Assembly: GCA_934726055.1 (NCBI GenBank)
Contig: CAKVCZ010000003.1
Location: 41,324-105,323, forward strand
Length of the DNA stretch: 64,000 nucleotides
Source of the DNA: an uncultured Candidatus Melainabacteria bacterium
Lineage (GTDB): Bacteria; Cyanobacteriota; Vampirovibrionia; Gastranaerophilales; Gastranaerophilaceae
Direction of reading: 5' to 3'
Shown here: positions 40,324 through 48,443 of the stretch, in pieces
Numbering within the stretch: position 1 is the first letter of the stretch
Layout: every line of letters begins with the position of its first letter
Program-made: the position numbers and the translations under genes
Notes under the pieces: generated by a model
The model's input: only the letters and a program-made list of their open reading frames with translations
What the model was told of the DNA's origin: nothing
Database searches by the model: none

Positions 40324-40343
40324 AATTTGTTTGCTCTTACGAG

Positions 40344-40587
40344 TTCATTCGCTATAAATTTGCTTTCAGCAAATTAGTCGTTCATTTCAAATTGTTCACA
40401 GGGACGTGCTGGGTTCGCTATCGCTCACACGGTGCACTTGTCAAAATCCGCTTTTGGATTATTGACTGTTCACAATTTTTCATTCACTATAAATTTGCTT
40501 TCAGCAAATTAGTCGTTCATTTTAAATTGTTCACAGGGACGTGCTGGGTTCGCTAATGCTCACGCGGCGCACTTGTCAAAATCCGCT
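40344..40587. repeat. two direct copies of a 109-bp element (40344-40452 and 40479-40587), each containing an 8-bp/3-nt-loop hairpin and a GC-rich core
   Basis: Read directly from the sequence. The two copies differ at only about 7 positions. Each contains aatttgct-ttc-agcaaatt and cagggacgtgctgggttcgct. Copy 2 ends exactly at the nrdJ stop codon. Confidence 0.9.
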
Positions 40588-42565
40588 ACGAACAACCGGA
40601 ATATCCGCAGTTAGGACAGATGAAACATCCTTCTGCCATGTGAATTTTAGTTCCGCATTCAGGACATGTTACTTCTTTAACTTCACCTGTCGGATTGTAT
40701 TCTTCTGCTTTAGGTTCGTCTGTTGTTTCAACCTTTTCTTCAACTTTTTCTTCTTTTTTCTTTGTCAAATTCATTGGTTGAATTGGTCTGCAATTGTTTC
40801 TGTAAACCGTAATACCTTTTAGATTGTTTTCGAATGCCAAAACGTATGTATCTTCAATATCTTTGCGAGTTGCACTTTCAACAAAGTTTACAGTTTTTGA
40901 TACTGCATTATCTGTGTGAAGTTGGAATGCTGCTTGCATTTTTACGTGCCAATATGGAGATACATCATGTGCTGTTGAGAATAAGTGTTTAGATTTTTCA
41001 TCAACACCATTAACATGAGCAATAGTACCTTCTTCAGATATTTGACGCATAATATCATCATTGAAGAAACCATGTTTAATAGCATAATCTTTAAATATTG
41101 GGTTTACTTCAAGCATTTCTGTGCCATCCATAACGTTTCTCATAAATACAAGACCGAATAAAGGTTCAATACCGCCAGATGCAGATGCAATCATTGAAAT
41201 TGTTCCTGTTGGAGCGATACAAGTTGTTGTAGCATTTCTGATGCCGTATTTTTCAATTTGGTTATCTAATTCTTTCCACATTTCATCAGTAATCATACCG
41301 GCTGATTTGCCTGCATATTTAGTTGCTAAGAAATGTTGGTTATCATAAATGCTGCCTTTGAAGTTTGCAAATGATCCACGTTCTTTTGCTAAATCAATGG
41401 CTTGAACTTTTGAATGGTAATCAATAAATTCCATAACTTGTGCGGCAAGTTTTATACCTTCTTCTGAATTATATGGAATTTCCATTTTCATTAACATATC
41501 AGCCCAACCCATTACACCTAAGCCGATTTTTCTGTTATTTTGAACCATCTCTGCAATTTTTGGTAACGGATAATTATTTACTGTGATAACGTCATCCAAG
41601 AAAATTATTGATAATTTAGTGATATCTTTTAATTTATCCCAATTAATTTTACCGTCTTCAACCATTAAACCTAAGTTAATTGAACCTAAGTTACATGCTT
41701 CAAATGGTAATAGAGGAACTTCACCACATGGATTAGTAGATTCGATTTCTCCAATTAAAGGTGTAGGATTATCAGCATTCATCTTATCAATAAAGATGAT
41801 ACCGGGTTCACCTGTTGACCATGCATTATTAACTATCTTATCGAAAACTTCTTTTGCATTTAATTTTCCTGCAACATCTTTTGTGTTTGGATTGTATAAT
41901 TCATATTCAGTATTATTTTTAACAGCGTCCATAAATTTATCTGTTAAAGCAACTGAAATATTGAAGTTGTTTAATTTTGAAGTATCATTTTTGCAGTTGA
42001 TAAATTCTAAAATATCAGGATGGTCAACTCTTAAAATACCCATGTTTGCACCACGTCTTGTTCCGCCTTGTTTAACAGCTTCAGTTGCCGCATTGAAAAC
42101 TTCCATAAACGATACAGGACCTGATGAAACACCCATTGTTGATTTAACAACACTGTTTTTTGCTCTCAATCTTGAGAATGAAAAACCTGTTCCGCCACCT
42201 GATTTGTGAATTAGAGCAGTATTTTTAACTGCTTCAAATATGCCTTCTAAAGAATCTTCAACCGGCAATACAAAACATGCTGACAGTTGACCTAATTCTC
42301 TACCTGCGTTCATTAATGTTGGTGAATTTGGCATAAAGTATCTTTTGGTAATTGCTTCGTAAAATTTTGCAGATAATTTGTCTGCATCTTCTTGTGTTTT
42401 ACCGTATTCTAATTCTGCTTTAGCAATAGAATCTGCAACCCTTTTGAACATTGTTGCAGGAGTTTCTGTGCATTTACCTTCTTTATCTCTTTTTAGGTAT
42501 CTTTTTTCAAGTACCTTAATTGCGTTTTCTGATAATTCTACTTTATCTTGCATTTCCACGCTCAC
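40586..42565 (-). CDS. nrdJ: adenosylcobalamin-dependent (class II) ribonucleotide reductase
   Basis: GTG start 5 nt after GGGAGG. Active-site TNPCGE block, a class II type length of about 660 aa, and a C-terminal Cys-rich tail CPECG...CPNCGYSGCS. Confidence 0.85.
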   Translation of the reverse strand: MSVEMQDKVELSENAIKVLEKRYLKRDKEGKCTETPATMFKRVADSIAKAELEYGKTQEDADKLSAKFYEAITKRYFMPNSPTLMNAGRELGQLSACFVLPVEDSLEGIFEAVKNTALIHKSGGGTGFSFSRLRAKNSVVKSTMGVSSGPVSFMEVFNAATEAVKQGGTRRGANMGILRVDHPDILEFINCKNDTSKLNNFNISVALTDKFMDAVKNNTEYELYNPNTKDVAGKLNAKEVFDKIVNNAWSTGEPGIIFIDKMNADNPTPLIGEIESTNPCGEVPLLPFEACNLGSINLGLMVEDGKINWDKLKDITKLSIIFLDDVITVNNYPLPKIAEMVQNNRKIGLGVMGWADMLMKMEIPYNSEEGIKLAAQVMEFIDYHSKVQAIDLAKERGSFANFKGSIYDNQHFLATKYAGKSAGMITDEMWKELDNQIEKYGIRNATTTCIAPTGTISMIASASGGIEPLFGLVFMRNVMDGTEMLEVNPIFKDYAIKHGFFNDDIMRQISEEGTIAHVNGVDEKSKHLFSTAHDVSPYWHVKMQAAFQLHTDNAVSKTVNFVESATRKDIEDTYVLAFENNLKGITVYRNNCRPIQPMNLTKKKEEKVEEKVETTDEPKAEEYNPTGEVKEVTCPECGTKIHMAEGCFICPNCGYSGCS

Positions 42566-42703
42566 ATTAACCTCCCATATATATTTTGTGATAGTAATTA
42601 AAATTTAAAATGTTTGTACAATCTTAATTGTATAATAAAAATTATACCGCATGTTTCATTGCATGACGATTTTTTTATAAATATTTACAAGAAAACAAAA
42701 AAT

Positions 42704-42730
42704 AAAAAACTCCATTAATGGAGTTTTTTA
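42704..42730 (-). terminator. rho-independent terminator downstream of tRNA-Cys
   Basis: ctcca-ttaa-tggag hairpin (42710-42723) flanked by A and T runs. On the minus strand the hairpin is followed by TTTTTTATTTTT. Confidence 0.7.
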
Positions 42731-42735
42731 AAAAA

Positions 42736-42806
42736 GGCGACACCCAGATTCGAACTGGGGGATAAAAGCTTTGCAGGCTTCTGCCTTACCACTTGGCCAT
42801 GTCGCC
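42736..42806 (-). tRNA. tRNA-Cys (anticodon GCA), no encoded CCA
   Basis: The reverse complement folds by hand into a cloverleaf. Acceptor GGCGACA/TGTCGCC, D stem GCC/GGC, anticodon stem GAAGC/GCTTT with loop CTGCAAA, T arm CCCAG-TTCGAAT-CTGGG. Confidence 0.9.
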
Positions 42807-42825
42807 ATATATGCTACTTTCTTAT

Positions 42826-42854
42826 ATATTATTGTAATAAAACTTATTTGTCAA
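42826..42854 (-). promoter_or_regulatory. sigma-70-type promoter for tRNA-Cys
   Basis: Minus strand TTGACA (complement of 42849-42854), 17-nt spacer, TAATAT (complement of 42826-42831), 19 nt upstream of the mature tRNA 5' end. Confidence 0.5.
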
Positions 42855-42870
42855 TAGATAATGTGTATGC

Positions 42871-42911
42871 AAAAAAAGAGTAAATTCTTTTTGAATTTAC
42901 TCTTTTTTTTT
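42871..42911. terminator. bidirectional rho-independent terminator downstream of the first HNH-motif gene
   Basis: gagtaaattc (42878-42887) / gaatttactc (42893-42902) with a 5-nt loop. A7 run on the 5' side and T9 run on the 3' side. Confidence 0.75.
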
Positions 42912-42916
42912 GTTTA

Positions 42917-44335
42917 TTATGCTGCTAAATCATTATTACCGCTTTGTTGTTCTTCAACTTTTGATGTTTTTTCGTTGTTATTTGCAGATTCAGGAAATCT
43001 CATAATTTTTCCGCCATGTCTTTTCTTTTTAGATTTTTTTGTGTGTTTAACTTCGGTAGTGTTAGTATCCGTTGTTTCTTTCTTTTCTGATGGCTTATTA
43101 TAATCATGGAATCCGTGATAAGAACCTTGATATGCACCGCTTGCATTGTTTCTTTCTTTAATATCCATAGTTGGTTTTGCGATGCCGCGTTCTTTTCTTA
43201 TTGCATCAATTTCTTCAGGATTTTTAACTTTTAAAATTACTTTGCCATTCGTTTCGTTAAAAATAGCCTCTTTTAAATCTAGCGGATAATCATCATAGTT
43301 GCCGCCAATTTTACCTTTTATAATTTCTTCTGTTACTGCATTTAAGTTGTCTTGAATATTATCCGGCATGTTTGGATATTTTTTCATCCATTCATCATAA
43401 GACATGTTACCACGAGAGCTGTTACATTCTTGGCATTCGCCCATGTAGTTGTTAGTTGCATTAGGACCGCCTTTTGATTTTGGATGAATATGTTCTGCTG
43501 TTACTACTGCTTTTTGAATCAATCTTTGCGCTAATTTTCTTTCATTGCCACTCATTGCAGTATTTAACATTTTACCAATTGCTTTTTCTGATTCAGGTAA
43601 TTGAACTGCTATATCCATTAATTCATGAACTTTTTCGTGGTCTAAATTATGTTTCTTTTCTAATCTTGTAATTTGTGTTAAGAATCCCGTTCTGTCAAAT
43701 TTTGCATATTTAGAACCTCTAGGCAATTGTCCGATTAATTTTGAAGGAACATTAAATTTAGTTAATAATTCATATTCACATGCGTATTGTATTGGATTTT
43801 TTTGTCCAAAAAGTTCTTGTGATTTATGATTTGTTTTTTGTAATACATCTATTTGTTCGTCTTTTAATACTCTTTCAGGATTTGGTTCTGTTCTTGAAAT
43901 TGCTGTTGATAAAGATGCATCCGGCATTCTTTTTAATTGTTTTTGAATGTAGTGAACAACCGCTTTTTCTTCTGCTCTGAAGTAATCCATGTTTTTGTTT
44001 AAACAGTTATTTAATGTGTATCCTGATGAGTTGCTTGCTTCAAATACAAATTCATCAATTTGAGCATTTGTCATCATTGGACGACCACAGCATGTGCAAG
44101 GCATGTCTTCTAACTCTTTTACTTTAAAGTTTGCTGTTGAACATGCAAATCCTGTAAATGCAGGGTTAACCATTTGTGAGCCTATAAAATAGTTTCTGAT
44201 AATTTGTGATGCTTTTGAAGAATTGTCAACAATTGGATTTGTAACTTTTGCATCTTTAGTTTGTTGATTTTGTGTTTTTTGTAATGTTGCTACTGTCGAA
44301 ATTGGTGTAGCTGCAGAAATTCTTTGTACTTTCAT
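42917..44335 (-). CDS. hypothetical protein with CxCCG zinc-ribbon-like motif and HNH-type nuclease motif (paralogue 1)
   Basis: PCTCCGRPMM near residue 80. TAEHIHPKSKGGPNATNNYMGECQECNSSRGN matches the (D/E)H-I-x-P-x-x-x-GG...N...C-x-x-C-N-x-x-(K/R)-G pattern of HNH beta-beta-alpha-metal nucleases. Lys-rich tail ending in NDLAA. Confidence 0.6.
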   Translation of the reverse strand: MKVQRISAATPISTVATLQKTQNQQTKDAKVTNPIVDNSSKASQIIRNYFIGSQMVNPAFTGFACSTANFKVKELEDMPCTCCGRPMMTNAQIDEFVFEASNSSGYTLNNCLNKNMDYFRAEEKAVVHYIQKQLKRMPDASLSTAISRTEPNPERVLKDEQIDVLQKTNHKSQELFGQKNPIQYACEYELLTKFNVPSKLIGQLPRGSKYAKFDRTGFLTQITRLEKKHNLDHEKVHELMDIAVQLPESEKAIGKMLNTAMSGNERKLAQRLIQKAVVTAEHIHPKSKGGPNATNNYMGECQECNSSRGNMSYDEWMKKYPNMPDNIQDNLNAVTEEIIKGKIGGNYDDYPLDLKEAIFNETNGKVILKVKNPEEIDAIRKERGIAKPTMDIKERNNASGAYQGSYHGFHDYNKPSEKKETTDTNTTEVKHTKKSKKKRHGGKIMRFPESANNNEKTSKVEEQQSGNNDLAA

Positions 44336-44569
44336 TTTGAGACCTTACCTGTTTCTTTCCTAAATAATTCGTGTTTTTTCTTTTCGTGCTTATTTCTTAT
44401 TTTTTTACAATTTCGCTATTTTAATTTAATATTCAATTTTTCTATTTTATTTTTATGAGACCATGCTTTTGATTATATTTTAAACCAAAAAAATTTTTTG
44501 TATATAGTTTTGTATAATTTATTTAGATGATTTTTATAATTATTAAAATTTGAATATAAATTTTAATAA

Positions 44570-45730
44570 TTACGCAGCTTGTTGAGCTTTATTTTTTCTT
44601 CTGCAATGAGCATCTTGACGAGCTTTAGTAATTTCTTGCGGATTTTTAACTTGTAATTTGATTACACCGTCAGTTTCTCTATGGAATGTTTTTTTGATAT
44701 CTTCCGGATAATCGTCGTATTTTTGACCTAAATTACCGTTAATGATTCTTTCAGTTACTTCGTTAATATTTTTTTGAACACTTCTTGGCATGTTTGGAAA
44801 GTTTTCCATCCATTCATTTAAAGGCATGTGTCCACGTTTGCTATTGCAATCTGCACATTCTGCAACATAATTAGCAGTATTATCAGGTCCGCCAAGTGTA
44901 TCAGGATGGATATGTTCTGCTGTTGAAACTGCGGTTTGAGCTAATCTGTGAGCAATTGATTTGTCATCACGATTGCTGTGAGCGTATTTTACGATAAATG
45001 CTTCTATTGAGTTTTGCGACATAGGCAATTTTACCGCAATATCAAGCAATTGACCTGCATATTCTTTATTTTCCATATCTTTTGTCGCATCAACTATGTT
45101 TTTTAAGAATGGTTTTCTTTGGAAGAAATGTTCTTCATTACTGTTTTTAATATCATTTAAAGCTTTTTTTATACATTTTTCAACTGCATTATCTTTTCCT
45201 AAAGGTTCTGCCTTTTTAGATAATTCTTTTAAAACATTTTTTTGTTCATCTTCAAGTAATGCTTTTGCATTTGGTGAATATTGATTTAATAAACCTTTTA
45301 TTGTTAATTTAGGATTTTTTTCGGATGTTTTCATTAAAAAGTTAACAACCGCTTTTTCTGTACCTCTGAAATAATCCATGTGTGCAGCTAAATGTGATTG
45401 TAGTTCTTTACCTTTTAAACCAACTGCTTTTTCTTCAAATGCTTTTACATCACTGTTTCTAAGCATTTTTCTTCCGCAGCATGCACAAGGAATGTCTTTT
45501 TCTTGTTTAACCTTAAACTCACTCTTATCGCAAGAATGTCCTTTGAAACTTACTAATTGTTCGCCCCTGAAATAATTAGAAATTGCTTGCGAACTAATTT
45601 TGTTATCTGCAATCGGATTAGATACATTGTTGTACACTAAAGTGTTTTTGATTGCATTCTCTCTGTTTAAATTTGTGTTTTGAACTCTTGAATTAATCCC
45701 GATATTATTTACTAACATAAACCTGACCAT
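44570..45730 (-). CDS. hypothetical protein with CxCCG zinc-ribbon-like motif and HNH-type nuclease motif (paralogue 2)
   Basis: PCACCGRKML and TAEHIHPDTLGGPDNTANYVAECADCNSKRGH. Collinear with paralogue 1 over most of its length. The start is uncertain; MLVNN at 45718 is an alternative. Confidence 0.6.
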   Translation of the reverse strand: MVRFMLVNNIGINSRVQNTNLNRENAIKNTLVYNNVSNPIADNKISSQAISNYFRGEQLVSFKGHSCDKSEFKVKQEKDIPCACCGRKMLRNSDVKAFEEKAVGLKGKELQSHLAAHMDYFRGTEKAVVNFLMKTSEKNPKLTIKGLLNQYSPNAKALLEDEQKNVLKELSKKAEPLGKDNAVEKCIKKALNDIKNSNEEHFFQRKPFLKNIVDATKDMENKEYAGQLLDIAVKLPMSQNSIEAFIVKYAHSNRDDKSIAHRLAQTAVSTAEHIHPDTLGGPDNTANYVAECADCNSKRGHMPLNEWMENFPNMPRSVQKNINEVTERIINGNLGQKYDDYPEDIKKTFHRETDGVIKLQVKNPQEITKARQDAHCRRKNKAQQAA

Positions 45731-45961
45731 AAAATTTGAAAACTAACTTACACTCATATAATGTTCGTAAAAAATTTTTTTGCTACTTGAAATTTTAAAC
45801 TGTTACAATACTTTATAATGTAATATTTACACTTATTCTAGCCTTTCATATATTTATATGATTTTTAATTAAAGTTTGTTTACAAAGTGTACAAAAATTT
45901 TTGTTTATGTAAAAATGAACTTGGATAATAATAGTATTTATTTTTTAGTGAAGGAGAAAAA

Positions 45962-48379
45962 ATGGAAAAAAGAGCTAAAAAAACATTGCTAGCTTCAGTT
46001 CTATCAATGTTAATGTTGTCTGCTCCTGCAATTGCAAGTGAAGCAGATTTAGTTGTTCCAAAAATTGCTGAACATTATCCTTTAGGACACTCATTACTTT
46101 TAATTGGTATTGCTGTTTCTGTTTTAGGTTTAATTTTCGGACTTTTGGCATTTGCTCAAGTGAAAAAGATTGAAGTTCATGAATGTATGGCAAATGTTGG
46201 AAACACAATTTTTGAAACTTGTAAAACATATCTTGTTCAACAAGGTAAATTTCTAATCGCATTAGAAATTCTAATCGGTTTATGTATTGCATTTTACTTT
46301 GGTGGATTAGCTAAAATGGGTTGGCAAGGTGTTCTAATCATTTTAGCTTTTTCTGTAATTGGTATTTTAGGTTCTTATGCAGTAGCTTGGTTTGGTATCA
46401 GAATGAATACTTTAGCTAATTCAAGAACAGCATTTACAGCATTAAAAGGTAATCCTTTAAATATTTTAAACTTGCCTTTAAAAGCAGGTATGTCAATTGG
46501 TGTTGTTTTGGTATCAATTGAATTAATTTTAATGTTGGTAATTTTATTATTTGTACCTGGTAATATTGCAGGTGCTTGTTTTATCGGTTTTGCAATTGGT
46601 GAATCTTTAGGTGCTTCTGCACTTCGTGTTGCAGGTGGTATTTTCACAAAAATTGCTGATATCGGTTCAGACTTAATGAAAATCCAATTCGGCATTAAAG
46701 AAGACGATCCAAGAAACCCTGGTGTTATTGCCGATTGTACAGGTGATAATGCAGGTGATTCTATCGGACCAACAGCTGATGGCTTTGAAACTTATGGTGT
46801 AACAGGTGTTGCTCTTGTTTCATTTATTTTATTAGCTGTAAAAGGTGATGTTAACCAATGTCAATTATTGGCATGGATATTCACTATGAGATTCTTGATG
46901 ATTGTTACTTCAATTGTTTCATATTGGATTAACGGTGCAATCACAAAAGTTTATGCCGCAAATACTCAAAAGTTCGATTTTGAACAACCTTTAACAAATT
47001 TAGTATGGATTACATCAATCCTATCAATTGTTATGACTTATGGCGTAAGCTATTGGTTATTGGCTCCAATGGGTGGAAGCTTATGGTTAGTTTTATCAAC
47101 AATCATTTCTTGCGGTACTGTTGGTGCAGCTTTGATTCCTGAAGCTACAAAGAAATTTACTTCACCTCAAGCTTTACACACAAAAGAAGTTGTAACTGCT
47201 TCTCGTGAAGGCGGTTCTTCATTAACAATTCTTTCAGGTATTGTTTCAGGTAACTTCTCAGGATTCTGGATTGGTGCAGTAATCGTATTATTAATGGGCT
47301 TAGCTTATGCAGCAAGTTTACATATTCCAGAAGCTACAATGGTTTATCCATCTGTATTCGCTTTCGGTTTAGTAGCATTTGGTTTCTTAGGTATGGGACC
47401 TGTTACAATTGCTGTTGACTCTTATGGTCCGGTAACTGATAATGCTCAATCAGTATATGAATTATCATTGATTGAATCTATTCCAAATGTTGGGGAAGAA
47501 ATTGAAAAACAATACAATTTCAAACCTGATTTTGAAAATGCTAAAAAATATTTAGAAGAAAATGATGGTGCAGGTAACACATTCAAAGCAACTTCTAAAC
47601 CAGTATTAATTGGTACAGCAGTTGTTGGTGCTACAACTATGATTTTCTCATTAATCTTAGTTATCCAAAATGTTTTAGGAATTACACCTGAAATGATTTT
47701 GAATATGTTAAATCCATACACATTGCTTGGTTTCATTGCCGGTGGTGCTGTAATTTACTGGTTCTCAGGTGCTTCAATGCAAGCTGTTACAACAGGTGCA
47801 TACTCAGCAGTTGAATATATCAGAAAACATATTAAATTAGATTCAGATGAACAATCTGCAAACATTTCAAACTCAAAAGAAGTTGTTAAAATTTGTACTC
47901 AATATGCTCAAAAAGGTATGTGGAACATCTTTATTGCATTGTTCTCATTTGCTTTGGCATTAGCATTTTTATCAGCTCCATTAGGAGAAAACTTACATCC
48001 TGTATCATTCTTCGTAAGCTACTTAATTGCAATTGCAGTATTTGGTTTATTCCAAGCTGTATTTATGGCAAATGCCGGTGGATGTTGGGATAATGCTAAG
48101 AAAATTGTTGAAGTTGACTTAGCAGAAAAGGGAACTCCTCTACACGATGCAACAGTTGTAGGTGATACTGTTGGTGATCCGTTCAAAGATACTTCTTCAG
48201 TAGCTATGAACCCAATTATCAAATTCACTACATTGTTTGGTTTATTGGCAATGGAAATTGCAATTAACCCTGCATTCCAAAAATATGCACCTGTTGTTGG
48301 TGTAGTATTCTTAGTAATTGCATTAGTGTTTGTATGGAGAACATTCTATGCAATGAGAATTCCTGAAAAGAAAGACTAA
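45962..48379 (+). CDS. hppA: membrane-bound proton-translocating pyrophosphatase
   Basis: About 16 TM helices and signature blocks (DCTGDNAGDSIGPTADGFETY, GGCWDNAKK, VGDTVGDPFKDTSSVAMNPIIKF). Confidence 0.92.
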   Translation: MEKRAKKTLLASVLSMLMLSAPAIASEADLVVPKIAEHYPLGHSLLLIGIAVSVLGLIFGLLAFAQVKKIEVHECMANVGNTIFETCKTYLVQQGKFLIALEILIGLCIAFYFGGLAKMGWQGVLIILAFSVIGILGSYAVAWFGIRMNTLANSRTAFTALKGNPLNILNLPLKAGMSIGVVLVSIELILMLVILLFVPGNIAGACFIGFAIGESLGASALRVAGGIFTKIADIGSDLMKIQFGIKEDDPRNPGVIADCTGDNAGDSIGPTADGFETYGVTGVALVSFILLAVKGDVNQCQLLAWIFTMRFLMIVTSIVSYWINGAITKVYAANTQKFDFEQPLTNLVWITSILSIVMTYGVSYWLLAPMGGSLWLVLSTIISCGTVGAALIPEATKKFTSPQALHTKEVVTASREGGSSLTILSGIVSGNFSGFWIGAVIVLLMGLAYAASLHIPEATMVYPSVFAFGLVAFGFLGMGPVTIAVDSYGPVTDNAQSVYELSLIESIPNVGEEIEKQYNFKPDFENAKKYLEENDGAGNTFKATSKPVLIGTAVVGATTMIFSLILVIQNVLGITPEMILNMLNPYTLLGFIAGGAVIYWFSGASMQAVTTGAYSAVEYIRKHIKLDSDEQSANISNSKEVVKICTQYAQKGMWNIFIALFSFALALAFLSAPLGENLHPVSFFVSYLIAIAVFGLFQAVFMANAGGCWDNAKKIVEVDLAEKGTPLHDATVVGDTVGDPFKDTSSVAMNPIIKFTTLFGLLAMEIAINPAFQKYAPVVGVVFLVIALVFVWRTFYAMRIPEKKD

Positions 48380-48405
48380 TTTAAAATAAATTAGGATACA
48401 TAAGG

Positions 48406-48441
48406 AAAAGCAGTCGTGGTATTTATATTGCGACTGCTTTT
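48406..48441. terminator. bidirectional rho-independent terminator between hppA and the convergent 523-aa gene
   Basis: gcagtcg (48410-48416) / cgactgc (48431-48437), extended by AAAA/TTTT. Confidence 0.7.
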
Positions 48442-48443
48442 AT

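Noticed and set aside
40344-40587. A CRISPR array or tRNA-like element in the 109-bp duplicated region.
   Set aside because: There are only two copies. The units are far longer than CRISPR repeats, the spacer is 26 bp, and no cas genes are nearby. The ggttcgc segment does not extend into a T-arm or acceptor structure.
42573-42591. An NrdR half-site-like sequence (catatatattttgtga) directly upstream of the nrdJ start.
   Set aside because: Only the right half matches the consensus. The sequence overlaps the Shine-Dalgarno region and initiation codon context, so it is more simply explained as AT-rich spacer.
42736-45730. A genomic island integrated at tRNA-Cys and carrying the two HNH-motif genes.
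   Set aside because: The HNH-motif genes lie on the 5' (promoter) side of the tRNA, whereas tRNA-targeting islands insert at the 3' end. There is no integrase, no transposase, and no direct repeat of the tRNA 3' end in 42807-45961. The 3' side of the tRNA is occupied by nrdJ.
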